Virus record (IMG/VR): IMGVR_UViG_3300044695_007705
Span: 1 to 64,000 of that record
Direction: 5' to 3' (one strand)
Origin: a virus
DNA length: 64,000 nt
The position numbers and the translations under genes are program-made. Shown piece by piece: positions 1 to 8,484 of the stretch. Position 1 is the first letter of the stretch; each line of letters begins with the position of its first letter. The notes under the pieces are model-generated. The model did not search any database. It had not been told where the DNA came from and saw only the letters and a list, made by a program, of their open reading frames with translations.

Positions 1-1034
1 TGTTCTTTGGTGTACTCCTCAATATGGTTGAAAATACATTTAAAGCAGGTGCCGCCACCGCCGATCAGCTTGAAGTCGGACATGATGTTCTCGACCGCGC
101 AGACATGGTGGAGGCGTGCGTCGAAGCAGAAGGCCTCGCCGCAGACTGAATCCACACTCTTGACCGCGCCGTGGATTTCGGACATAAAGTCGGTCAGAAG
201 CTGTTCATCAATCGAGCCTGAGACGTCGATGTAGATCAGGACGTGGACTTGGTTGCCGGAAAAGTCGTCCAGGTACAGACCGTTGTACACGTGACGTCGA
301 TCGTAGCCGGAGAAGTCCGTCCTCGACTCGGTAATGTACTTGTAGAGGATAGTGCGCCAGTCGATAGTAGGTTCGAGAAGTTCGGCAAACACGCGCTCCA
401 AAGTTGCACCCATCGAGCCCGCCTTCTTCATACGAGCGATGGTAGCCGCCTTGGCCATGGCGTCTTTCCAGTCGATCCCGCCGTTATCCTGGCCGGTGCC
501 TTGGCCGTCTCCATCACCTTCACCCTCACCCTCACCCTCACCTTCCGGATTACCATTAAACAGGCAAGCATTTACCTGAGTAATTCCGTATTTCTGTTGA
601 AGATGCTTGGGATTCTCTGCCTGCTTCTGCTTGATGATCGAGTAGATTTCTCGCACGCTCAAGTGCTTCAGATCGTTGTCTCTGATCGCACCGTCGGTAA
701 GCTTGATGTTGTTTTCGTCGCAGATCCCGTTGACGACAATATCGGCAGCAATGTTCGAGATCGCCGGGTCGTTCATCGAGATATCTTTCATCCGGGGCAC
801 ATGCAGCAACGCTGCGTGCAGTACCTCGTGGATCAGAATACCTTGAAAGGTTTCGTCGTCAAGCGTATCTGAAAAGTCTTTGTTGAAGAAGATCGACTGG
901 CCGTTTGTAGCGGCAGTAGGAATGTTTTCGGTTTCTTTGACTTGAGCGTGGAACAGCAAAGTACCGAAGAACGGAGAGTTCTTGAGCAGCTTTACTCGGG
1001 ACTTGATGACCCGTTCGGCGATTGGAGATGCCAT
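1..1034 (-). CDS. DUF2201-type putative metallopeptidase with C-terminal VWA-like domain (partial, runs off the window start)
   Basis: Not in the ORF track. Hand translation from ATG at 1034: MASPIAERVIKSRVKLLKNSPFFGTLL...TAATNG...ILIHEVLHAALLH (HExxH), a GE-repeat linker, then YIDVSGSI (MIDAS DxSxS) and GGGGT. Lies next to a MoxR ATPase. Confidence 0.85.
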   Translation of the reverse strand, partial: MASPIAERVIKSRVKLLKNSPFFGTLLFHAQVKETENIPTAATNGQSIFFNKDFSDTLDDETFQGILIHEVLHAALLHVPRMKDISMNDPAISNIAADIVVNGICDENNIKLTDGAIRDNDLKHLSVREIYSIIKQKQAENPKHLQQKYGITQVNACLFNGNPEGEGEGEGEGDGDGQGTGQDNGGIDWKDAMAKAATIARMKKAGSMGATLERVFAELLEPTIDWRTILYKYITESRTDFSGYDRRHVYNGLYLDDFSGNQVHVLIYIDVSGSIDEQLLTDFMSEIHGAVKSVDSVCGEAFCFDARLHHVCAVENIMSDFKLIGGGGTCFKCIFNHIEEYTKE

Positions 1035-1075
1035 GTGGGGGGGGGGCGAAGTGACAGGTGTGCGAACTTGAGTAA

Positions 1076-1100
1076 GAGGGCGGGATTTACCCGCCCCCTC
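1076..1100 (-). terminator. GC-rich hairpin between the MoxR and VWA genes (weak terminator or processing stem)
   Basis: GGGCGGG-ATTTA-CCCGCCC inverted repeat; U-tail is poor. Confidence 0.35.
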
Positions 1101-1113
1101 GCCAGTGAAATGC

Positions 1114-2121
1114 TCAGGAATTGAGCAGCTTGGCGTACCGAGCCATGAAGGACTGGAGATCTTTGTCCTTGTTCACCTTGACGGCGAAGTTCTCGAACAT
1201 GCCTTTGGCGGACAGGGCAGTGATCGCGTCGTAGAAGAACACGCCGAGGTAGTCTTCGGTAGTCGCCCCAACGAGCCATTTGGCTGCGTTGAAATAGTTG
1301 TCCACAGTCTCAGATCGGGCAACCAACGCGCCAGTAACCGCATAGACCATGCTGGGCTCGTTGGGCATCTTGACAGACATGTCGCCGTTCAAGACTTTCT
1401 CCACGGCAGGCAGTTTGCTGTAGATCTTGATGAACGATTTGAATTCGGCTGCAGCACCGTCACCCACGGCCGGATCAACGCTCAGGCCGATCTTGAGAAG
1501 GTCGGAAGCGTATCCCCAGCTTCGGGGGCTGGGCCAAGCGATGGCGTCTTTGCTGAACTTGTGGAGGGAGTCGGGGCGGAAGTTCAGGTAGGAAATGATT
1601 TCTTCCCGGATACCGTGCTTGATCGCGTAGGTCTTCCAGGAGTTCAGATCGTGCTCGATAGTGAAGTGCAGGAAGCGGTTGGCGAGAGGGGCGGGCATTT
1701 GGTTGACTGCAGCCCGGTCCTCGACACGGTTACCGGCAGAGACAACGAACCAGTCATCGGGAACGACATAGTCTCCCACACGGCGGTCCAGAACGAGCTG
1801 CATGGCGACGTTCTGAATGGCGGGGGGAGCGAGGTTGATCTCATCCAGGAAGAGGATACCCCTCCCGGACTGGGGGAGAAAGCTGGGGGGAGCGAAGTGG
1901 GCGACCCCTTCCTTGACGTAGGGAAGGCCGCGAATATCAGTGGGGGCGAGCTGGCTGAGGCGTACGTCGATCACCTCCATGCCGTTCTGTTCGGCCACTT
2001 GCTGAACGATTGAGCTTTTGCCGATTCCGGGTGCGCCCCACATCATCACAGCGTGGTGAATATTCCCCGAGATCAGGGATTGCAGGGTTTTGGCTGCTTC
2101 GGAGACGTTGAGTGTGAGCAT
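1114..2121 (-). CDS. MoxR-family AAA+ ATPase
   Basis: Walker A GAPGIGKS, Walker B LFLDE, sensor AGN, arginine finger PLANRF, PSPRSW; paired with the VWA gene. Confidence 0.9.
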   Translation of the reverse strand: MLTLNVSEAAKTLQSLISGNIHHAVMMWGAPGIGKSSIVQQVAEQNGMEVIDVRLSQLAPTDIRGLPYVKEGVAHFAPPSFLPQSGRGILFLDEINLAPPAIQNVAMQLVLDRRVGDYVVPDDWFVVSAGNRVEDRAAVNQMPAPLANRFLHFTIEHDLNSWKTYAIKHGIREEIISYLNFRPDSLHKFSKDAIAWPSPRSWGYASDLLKIGLSVDPAVGDGAAAEFKSFIKIYSKLPAVEKVLNGDMSVKMPNEPSMVYAVTGALVARSETVDNYFNAAKWLVGATTEDYLGVFFYDAITALSAKGMFENFAVKVNKDKDLQSFMARYAKLLNS

Positions 2122-2168
2122 TGGGTGAGGGGTTTTCCTCTCGGGACCTCCTCACCCTAACACACGCG

Positions 2169-2540
2169 TCAGGTAACTGCGATGGTCGTTGCGTCCTGTG
2201 TCTGGATCGTCACATACAGTAACCCGTCAGCCATGGTCGCGCTTTTGACGGTGGCGGAGGATGGCATGGGGAAACTGATGGAGAAGGAGGCGACACGGGC
2301 CCCTGCCGCCACGTACGAGGAGTAGTCCTTGGTGGTGTCGGACGATACATCCAAACGCCCAGGAGACGCGCTAACCCTGACATCTTCTTTCTTGAATCCC
2401 GGCAAAGCGATTTCGTACACAATCTGATCATCGCAAACTTTCGCATTATGGCGAGGGACTGTTGCGCCTCCTCGCACTACAGGAACAGAACTCATGCCGT
2501 CAAGGGCGCGGAGAAGGGAAACTGCGGTCTGGGGTAACAT
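2169..2540 (-). CDS. Small heat-shock protein (Hsp20 / alpha-crystallin)
   Basis: EIALPGFKKEDV...SATMADGLLYVTI alpha-crystallin signature. Confidence 0.85.
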   Translation of the reverse strand: MLPQTAVSLLRALDGMSSVPVVRGGATVPRHNAKVCDDQIVYEIALPGFKKEDVRVSASPGRLDVSSDTTKDYSSYVAAGARVASFSISFPMPSSATVKSATMADGLLYVTIQTQDATTIAVT

Positions 2541-2643
2541 GTGATAAGGGGATTGAAATCAAGCGCCAGGAGAACCCGGCAACAAGATTTCACCGATCAT
2601 ATCACGAAACGTGGTTCGGTCGACCGCCCGTCACAAGTCGGGA

Positions 2644-3933
2644 TTACCGCACTAAGATCATGCCCCAGCCGCTGCCGCTGCCCTCTACCATCCACCGGGG
2701 CTCGAAATTCTTGAAACTGTAACGCAGGCGGAAACCGTTTTGTGAGCCGAGGAAGCCACCGTAGACAAGATCGGCATCCCCCCACGGGTCGTTGACAATA
2801 TACTGCGATTTGTCCACATCCACACCGATGATTACGCACCAATGACCGCCCCCGGACGGGGCGGTAACCGGCCCTTTGTGAAGGTAGCCTACTGGAACAG
2901 GAATATCTTTCTCGAGTTGTGCGATTACATCTTTACGTGTCAGATTCTGCCTGAAAGTGGCGTGAATACCGAGATCGCGCAAGGCGCGGACCTGGGCGGT
3001 GGAGTTGGTAGTATCGCCGTACTTGAATACGTATTTCGTCATGTAGAGGTCGTCTGCTCCTCTATTTCCGCCCAAGCACCCCGGCTTTAAGAACTCTGCC
3101 GACATCGCACAACTGGAGCTAAAGCACATTCTCGCTCCATGATTAGTGACCGAGTCGAGTTGTGTATAGTACGGAACGTTTAGCAGGATAAGCTTGTTGT
3201 CCGGTTGATGGACTTCTGGCTTACCCGGTACTACAATGTCCCAATGCGGCTTGTAAATATACCAGGTTCCGGCTCCATAATCAATAGTTACTTTGATATG
3301 GGCGCCTTCGTCCACCGAGTCAGTAATGGTATAAGACCGTCCTTTAGGGACTTGTACTACCTGTTGTGGGGTAAGTTCAAAAGACTGCAGCGGTTCTTTC
3401 TTGAGCAAAGTGTCAACCTTCGCGGTCATTAACCTTTTGTCTGATTTGAATTTCTCCAAGCCGGACGACCACAACGCGCCTTCGGCCACCCTCCTACGTC
3501 TTAAGCCTTCTTCAACATTTGACCCGGGGTTCCGATAAAGAAGTAACGCCTCGGGTACTCGCTCCCAATCCTTATCCCTTAAATAACGGCTTATGGTTGT
3601 AAAGTCCGGGGAGCTATAAAATCCGGCCCCTAGGTTGTATGAGAAGGACAGCAACGCCCCAATCTGCTCTTCAGACATCGAAGCAGCGTGAGGAAGTTTT
3701 AAAACTGCGGGCAAAAAAGCTGTTTGTAACTGATACTCGAGTAGCGAATCAGCTTCCTGCTGAGTAATTTTATCTCCTTTCTTAAAAGGTTTTCCCTGCC
3801 TATCTTTGGTACTGCCCCAACCAATTGTCCAAGGCTCACCGCCCGTCTTAGGGTCGGGATACGCAGTTAAATGGCAACCTTCAAATCTTTTAATCAGCGC
3901 GATTCCCGATTGGGGGATCTTTCTCGTCGTCAT
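2644..3933 (-). CDS. Modular endolysin: GH24 lysozyme plus C-terminal C39-like cysteine peptidase
   Basis: GIALIKRFEG..AYPDP..WTIGWG (E-D-T triad), GLRRRRVAE; C-terminal QLDS..CFSSSCAM..GHW..IIG..VNDPWG. Confidence 0.9.
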   Translation of the reverse strand: MTTRKIPQSGIALIKRFEGCHLTAYPDPKTGGEPWTIGWGSTKDRQGKPFKKGDKITQQEADSLLEYQLQTAFLPAVLKLPHAASMSEEQIGALLSFSYNLGAGFYSSPDFTTISRYLRDKDWERVPEALLLYRNPGSNVEEGLRRRRVAEGALWSSGLEKFKSDKRLMTAKVDTLLKKEPLQSFELTPQQVVQVPKGRSYTITDSVDEGAHIKVTIDYGAGTWYIYKPHWDIVVPGKPEVHQPDNKLILLNVPYYTQLDSVTNHGARMCFSSSCAMSAEFLKPGCLGGNRGADDLYMTKYVFKYGDTTNSTAQVRALRDLGIHATFRQNLTRKDVIAQLEKDIPVPVGYLHKGPVTAPSGGGHWCVIIGVDVDKSQYIVNDPWGDADLVYGGFLGSQNGFRLRYSFKNFEPRWMVEGSGSGWGMILVR

Positions 3934-4291
3934 CGTCGTCGCTATCGTCTAAGCCCGGGGGGTAACTATGAGCTTTAAACACAACTCCGACCACATCGTC
4001 ACCGTCTTCGATTTCACCGACTTCCGGATGATCTGGGCCCGTCTCCATCAGCTTTCTCAACTCGTCTGGGATCCCGTTACCACCAGACATTGTGGGTTGT
4101 TGAACTCGCGACACGATCCGATCAAAAAGGTTCTTTTTACCGGCAAAATCCAAGGAGTCCGACTCGATCTCCAGGGCCAAAGATTTCATCTTGACGCCAT
4201 GTTCCTGCATTTTCATCGACAAGGCGGCCAGGGCGGCCAAGAGGCCCAGGCCCCAGCTTGAAAAAATGAAAAAATAGAGGATTAGAGTCAT
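3890..4291 (-). CDS. Hypothetical protein with N-terminal transmembrane helix (holin or lysis-accessory candidate)
   Basis: Hydrophobic N-terminus, acidic C-terminus; overlaps the endolysin start. Confidence 0.5.
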   Translation of the reverse strand: MTLILYFFIFSSWGLGLLAALAALSMKMQEHGVKMKSLALEIESDSLDFAGKKNLFDRIVSRVQQPTMSGGNGIPDELRKLMETGPDHPEVGEIEDGDDVVGVVFKAHSYPPGLDDSDDDDDEKDPPIGNRAD

Positions 4292-4314
4292 GGCAAAGGG
4301 GTTTCCAAGCGATT

Positions 4315-4323
4315 ATTATATCA
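4315..4323 (-). promoter_or_regulatory. Host sigma70-type extended -10 promoter (TGaTATAAT)
   Basis: Perfect TGnTATAAT 23 nt upstream of ATG 4291. Confidence 0.6.
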
Positions 4324-4620
4324 CGATCTGCGAGATCGTGTCCCCGAGCATTTCCATTTGGCTCGAGAAAGGCAGAGAGGGGTATTTTTATCTTTGCCGG
4401 AGCAGTCGTAGCCGTATTGCTTACGTTGTCCTTCTGAGCGGGTGCAGTACCTGTCGCCTTTTGACGTGCCTGGGGCGATGGAATAGCCTTTGGCTCCGTA
4501 ACGAACTTTGCGTTCGCGGCCAGTGTCCGAGTCAGTGACGGTTTTGACGTATTTTTTCTCCCCGTACTCCGGATCTATTCCCCAGCCATCGGGAACTTGA
4601 CAGTCAAATTCACTCGTCAT
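4321..4620 (-). CDS. Small phage protein, basic and Cys-containing, with N-terminal VPDGW tag
   Basis: 99-aa ORF packed into the operon; VRYGAKGYSIAPGT..YCTRS..RAKWKC pattern resembles small phage proteins. Confidence 0.65.
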   Translation of the reverse strand: MTSEFDCQVPDGWGIDPEYGEKKYVKTVTDSDTGRERKVRYGAKGYSIAPGTSKGDRYCTRSEGQRKQYGYDCSGKDKNTPLCLSRAKWKCSGTRSRRS

Positions 4621-5317
4621 TTAGAGTAGAAGAGTCTTGATTACCGCTTAGGTGTTGGGATTTTGTAATTTTAGGCCCGAGGACTCCTCCCGACTGAGTA
4701 ACATTCCAGCCGTCCGGGACTTTTACCTCTGCGTATCTGGAATCTCCGCATTCCGAGGAATCGGAGGACTTAACCTTTACACAATTAGGTACTTTTTTAC
4801 CGTTAAGTTCTTTTTGACCCACCATTTCATAACCCTTCCAACATGGGTTCGGGCCCTGCATTTCCTCGGCAAATACAACGTCTCTATCTTTGCCCGTATG
4901 TTGCATGTATTGGGCGACAGAATTTAGGTAATCCGAGGCAATCGCGAGTTTGTTTGATATCCACTCGGGAATATTAGATTCTTCGTTTATCAAAGAATCG
5001 ATTAGCAACGCGTTGCGAGCAGCGCTGCGCAAGTCACCTTGTGCCATCTGGCCCTCTGGATCATCCTCTTCCTCGCAATACTCTTCCTCCCCATTCATCT
5101 TTTCTTTAATAGCCTTATCTCGGGCCATTTCCCAGTCATCGCTGTCGATGTCGCCGTCGTCATCATGATCACGACCCTCGCTCGTGTCATATTTCGACAC
5201 GCCCGCATTACGCAAAGCGGCGGCTATTGCTTGTTTTTGGGGCATGCCCTCGTGCACGAGTTTCGAGATATTCTCGGAAATAACGTCTTCAGACGTACCG
5301 GACTTTAAAGGTGACAT
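4610..5317 (-). CDS. Acidic phage protein, probably head-associated
   Basis: N-terminal PLKSG.SEDVISENI..QKQAIAAA motif and a PCWKGY..KKVPNCV motif typical of cyanophage small virion proteins; VPDGW near the C-terminus. Confidence 0.6.
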   Translation of the reverse strand: MSPLKSGTSEDVISENISKLVHEGMPQKQAIAAALRNAGVSKYDTSEGRDHDDDGDIDSDDWEMARDKAIKEKMNGEEEYCEEEDDPEGQMAQGDLRSAARNALLIDSLINEESNIPEWISNKLAIASDYLNSVAQYMQHTGKDRDVVFAEEMQGPNPCWKGYEMVGQKELNGKKVPNCVKVKSSDSSECGDSRYAEVKVPDGWNVTQSGGVLGPKITKSQHLSGNQDSSTLNDE

Positions 5318-7330
5318 TTACTTAATAGGGTGAGCGGATCGCATGCGGACAACTTGCCTTACCGCTTCAGCAAATCTCCCGTACTCAGAATTATCCGAGG
5401 TTTTCTTTCCCAGTTTAGGGGCTTTACTCTTGGGCTTAACTCCTGTCTCTTTCCTAATCTGGGCGAGAGCTTGACTAGAAGACATGCCCTCGTTCATAAG
5501 CTCTTTCATCCTGTCTTTGTTATCACTGCTTTTCTTCTTTTTCTCCTGAGGCGTGAATTTGGCGAGAATGTCGGGAAGCTTGTTTCTTATGAAATCACCC
5601 ATCTCCTCCTCTTGGGCGAGAGGAGAATTCTCCATCCTCCGTTGGAGTTCGTTGGCTTTTTGAACATCTGCTAAAACCCTCTCACCTCTCTTCCTGATAG
5701 CAGACTCTGCAATTTTTTTCTGAGCGCCGAAGCCCTTGCCCGAGGTAGCGGGCTTAGATTTACGGCCAAGACGTTCTTCGGGCAAGGCTTCTCGGGTAGG
5801 TGCAGGCGCCTCTTGCTCTTGACTTGGGGGTTCTGGCTCCGGCTGTTGTTCACTCGGAGCAGGTGCTTGCTGACTTTCACCCGGCGCTTCCTCTTCCGGC
5901 AAAGCGATATTCAGCCCAAACTTCTTGTTAATAGCTTCTATAGCGGATTTTTTGTCGACATCGAACTCTTGAGAAAGCTCTTCAAGGGTGTCTTCTGCCA
6001 CGAATTGCAGATCGTCATCAGTAAGGTCAACAGACCTGGGCATAATTTCGCCCTTTTTGCGTGCGACTTGCTGAGCCCGAGCCAGGGCATCTTTTTTCTG
6101 CTGTATGAACTTAGCCCGGAACAGGTTAACAGCTTGTTCCGGCGAAGCTTTGATGCCAGTATCCGCTTCTTGCTCGGGTCCTTCCAAGTCGGCAGGGGTT
6201 TCTTCCGAAATTGCTCTATCCTCCTCGATTTCCCTTTCTCTGGCTTCTTTACGAGCGATTTCTTCCCGCTTCTGCTGTGCTTTTTCTTGTCTTAACTGTT
6301 GCTTTTCTTGTTCTTGCTGTTTACCTTTCTCAATGGCGGTATCCCGCGCTTGCGCCTTAGCCGAACCGGGCAGCGGAGCAGCTTCTCTCTTACCTTTACC
6401 GGCTAAGCGGTCAATATAATCTCTAAGCTCTTCTCTTTGCCTGCCACCACTCGACTTCACCAAGTCGAACATTTCCTGCAGCGATTTCGCCCATTCCGCA
6501 GGATCCATATCGTCCTTAGCGGCCATAAGAGCATCGATTTTTTCTTGCTGCTCGGAAGTAGGTTCGACCGGTTTCCCCAACTCTTTGATGCGTCTTTGAA
6601 CAGGGGAGCTGGGATCGATGCCCCCTTCTCGTTTGGGGACCGGCTTAGGCTCCGGCTTTTTCTTCGTCTCCGGTCGAGAAGGTTTCGTCCCCTTCTGCTT
6701 GTCTACTTCAACATCACTTTTAATATCGCCAGGCTTAATGGGTTCTTGGCCGTCTTCTCTTCTTTGTCTAGTGGTGATCTCGTCGACGCCCGTACCGGAT
6801 CTAGCCCAGGTCTCAGGCATTCCCATGGCGTCCTTGCCTCTTCCGCCAGGTTGTTTTCTCTGTTGCCGAACGGACATTGCCTTGGGACCGCGTTCTCTCG
6901 GACCGGCAGACTCGCGTTTCTGCGCTCTTTCCTCTTTGTCTCCCCCTTCCTCGTCAGGCGACAATCTTTCCCCGGGGTGGCTACCCACACCCGCCTTGGT
7001 CATCACGGCATCGGCAATAGCCATTGCCTCGTTCTCTTTGTACGTGCGGCCGGGATTCTGACCGTCCAAGTACGCCCCGACATAGCCATGGCCACGCTTC
7101 ATCAGGCTGTTGACAGCCGCCATGAACACGTCTTTCTCGCTTGCGCCTTGCGAGTCAAGCCGCTTCACATATTCATCAAGTTTTTCTCTTCCGGCTACAG
7201 AACGCTGATACCTACCCTTGCACTTAGGATCTACGCTGCCGTCCGACAGAATACAAGGATTTCGGGTTCGTCTCTGCCCCTTCGGCGTGACATTCTTAGG
7301 TGTGGGGCGCTTTTTCTCTTCTGCAGCCAT
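5318..7330 (-). CDS. Large charged low-complexity protein (internal-head or scaffold-like, hypothetical)
   Basis: 670 aa, rich in E/K/P/Q; preceded by the GTTGAAAGC motif. Confidence 0.6.
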   Translation of the reverse strand: MAAEEKKRPTPKNVTPKGQRRTRNPCILSDGSVDPKCKGRYQRSVAGREKLDEYVKRLDSQGASEKDVFMAAVNSLMKRGHGYVGAYLDGQNPGRTYKENEAMAIADAVMTKAGVGSHPGERLSPDEEGGDKEERAQKRESAGPRERGPKAMSVRQQRKQPGGRGKDAMGMPETWARSGTGVDEITTRQRREDGQEPIKPGDIKSDVEVDKQKGTKPSRPETKKKPEPKPVPKREGGIDPSSPVQRRIKELGKPVEPTSEQQEKIDALMAAKDDMDPAEWAKSLQEMFDLVKSSGGRQREELRDYIDRLAGKGKREAAPLPGSAKAQARDTAIEKGKQQEQEKQQLRQEKAQQKREEIARKEAREREIEEDRAISEETPADLEGPEQEADTGIKASPEQAVNLFRAKFIQQKKDALARAQQVARKKGEIMPRSVDLTDDDLQFVAEDTLEELSQEFDVDKKSAIEAINKKFGLNIALPEEEAPGESQQAPAPSEQQPEPEPPSQEQEAPAPTREALPEERLGRKSKPATSGKGFGAQKKIAESAIRKRGERVLADVQKANELQRRMENSPLAQEEEMGDFIRNKLPDILAKFTPQEKKKKSSDNKDRMKELMNEGMSSSQALAQIRKETGVKPKSKAPKLGKKTSDNSEYGRFAEAVRQVVRMRSAHPIK

Positions 7331-7357
7331 TTTAATGGTTTATCCTAAATATAAAAA

Positions 7358-7366
7358 GCTTTCAAC
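7358..7366 (-). promoter_or_regulatory. GTTGAAAGC putative late promoter
   Basis: 27 nt upstream of ATG 7330; contains the TGA stop of the upstream ORF. Confidence 0.7.
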
Positions 7367-7544
7367 TGTCCTGAGTCTTCCACCCCTCCGGGACTTCGAT
7401 GTTCAATTTTTTCTCCTCTGACGAGAAGATAGGGTTATCGCCACCTGTCACAGTGGCTTCCTGCTCTTGCTCTTTACGTTTTTCAGGTTTGTCGCCAGAG
7501 ACCATACCCTCTCCCCCCGCTCTGGCCATGTCCATGTTCATCAT
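7362..7544 (-). CDS. Small acidic protein with C-terminal VPEGW tag
   Basis: 60-aa ORF coupled (ATGA) to the upstream gene. Confidence 0.55.
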   Translation of the reverse strand: MMNMDMARAGGEGMVSGDKPEKRKEQEQEATVTGGDNPIFSSEEKKLNIEVPEGWKTQDS

Positions 7545-7969
7545 GAGCTGAAAATTTCCTCTAGTAATTCATTGCTGAACTCTTTACCGTTCTCGTTGCG
7601 GAGGAGTTCGTCCGTCCGTCTCTGCTCTTCATGGCACACCTTACTTATATCGGCCAGCATCCCTAAAACGGCAGATCTGTCCCACTCGGCGATTTCCGCC
7701 TGCTCGGACAGTTTCTGATACCGCTTAAGGATCTCTTCTAGGATCGTGAGGCTCATTTCCCTGACGGCAAGCCAGTTATTTTTTACTTCTTGATCCTCTA
7801 CTTCTTCCTGATAATGGTGGCTTTGGGATATGAGACGGATGAGACTTTTACCCACCTGCGCAATAGATTTAGGGCCGATTCGGTCCAAATCGATCTCGCT
7901 AAGCTGGTTAATAATCAGCTCTTGGGCGTCGCGTCCGAGACAAGAGAAATCGCGTAAAGAATTTCGCAT
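7541..7969 (-). CDS. Hypothetical helical protein
   Basis: 142-aa ORF in the operon; no recognisable motif. Confidence 0.55.
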   Translation of the reverse strand: MRNSLRDFSCLGRDAQELIINQLSEIDLDRIGPKSIAQVGKSLIRLISQSHHYQEEVEDQEVKNNWLAVREMSLTILEEILKRYQKLSEQAEIAEWDRSAVLGMLADISKVCHEEQRRTDELLRNENGKEFSNELLEEIFSS

Positions 7970-7976
7970 GTATCAA

Positions 7977-7985
7977 GCTTTCAAC
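7977..7985 (-). promoter_or_regulatory. GTTGAAAGC putative late promoter
   Basis: Exact motif overlapping the gp25 stop; only 7 nt from the next ATG (spacing outlier). Confidence 0.55.
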
Positions 7986-8484
7986 TGGTTGACGTCCTTA
8001 CTGTAATTATTTGCTCTCCCGAGTCCACCGCATACCGTACTGTGATATAACACGTTCCCTCTTCGCCAATTGACAACGAGACGTTTAAAGACTCCTCGGA
8101 CAGGTACGGCACCGCGCTTAAGATCTGTTTTTTAATGTTCTGCTCTTCTATGTCTTCGCTTAATGTTTCGAACAGCAGTTCGCGGGTCCCGAGGAACGGG
8201 CTTCCAACACGTTCGCCTATTCTGGTTTCCAGAACCTCTTGGATGGCTTGGCCGATGCGGTCGTATCCGTACGATGTGGAGATACTGCCATTACCGTCGA
8301 GTTGCAGTGGGTAAGTTAACCCCCTCAACGTGTTGTTTTGTAATGATGAATTCGTAGAGGAAGAATCAAAAAATAGTTGAGGGTTCTGGCGCGAATCCCT
8401 GTTCTCCATGTTGAGACGGTCGCGCAAAGCGAACTTGTTTTTGATCCGGTCGAGTTCGGGAGTGTCGATCCTATTTCTCGTCAT
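7981..8484 (-). CDS. Baseplate wedge / sheath-initiator protein, GPW/gp25 family
   Basis: GLTYPLQLD..IGQAIQEVLETRIGERV..FLGT. Confidence 0.8.
   Translation of the reverse strand: MTRNRIDTPELDRIKNKFALRDRLNMENRDSRQNPQLFFDSSSTNSSLQNNTLRGLTYPLQLDGNGSISTSYGYDRIGQAIQEVLETRIGERVGSPFLGTRELLFETLSEDIEEQNIKKQILSAVPYLSEESLNVSLSIGEEGTCYITVRYAVDSGEQIITVRTSTS

Noticed and set aside
511-546. (CACCCT)n microsatellite
   Set aside because: Encodes an in-frame Gly-Glu linker in the DUF2201-type protein; ordinary low-complexity sequence
243-2013. Long plus-strand ORFs 243..872 and 1105..2013
   Set aside because: Antisense shadows of the strongly codon-biased VWA and MoxR genes; no motifs
7541-7969. Terminase small subunit
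   Set aside because: Size and helicity fit, but there is no recognisable motif and it is far from terL
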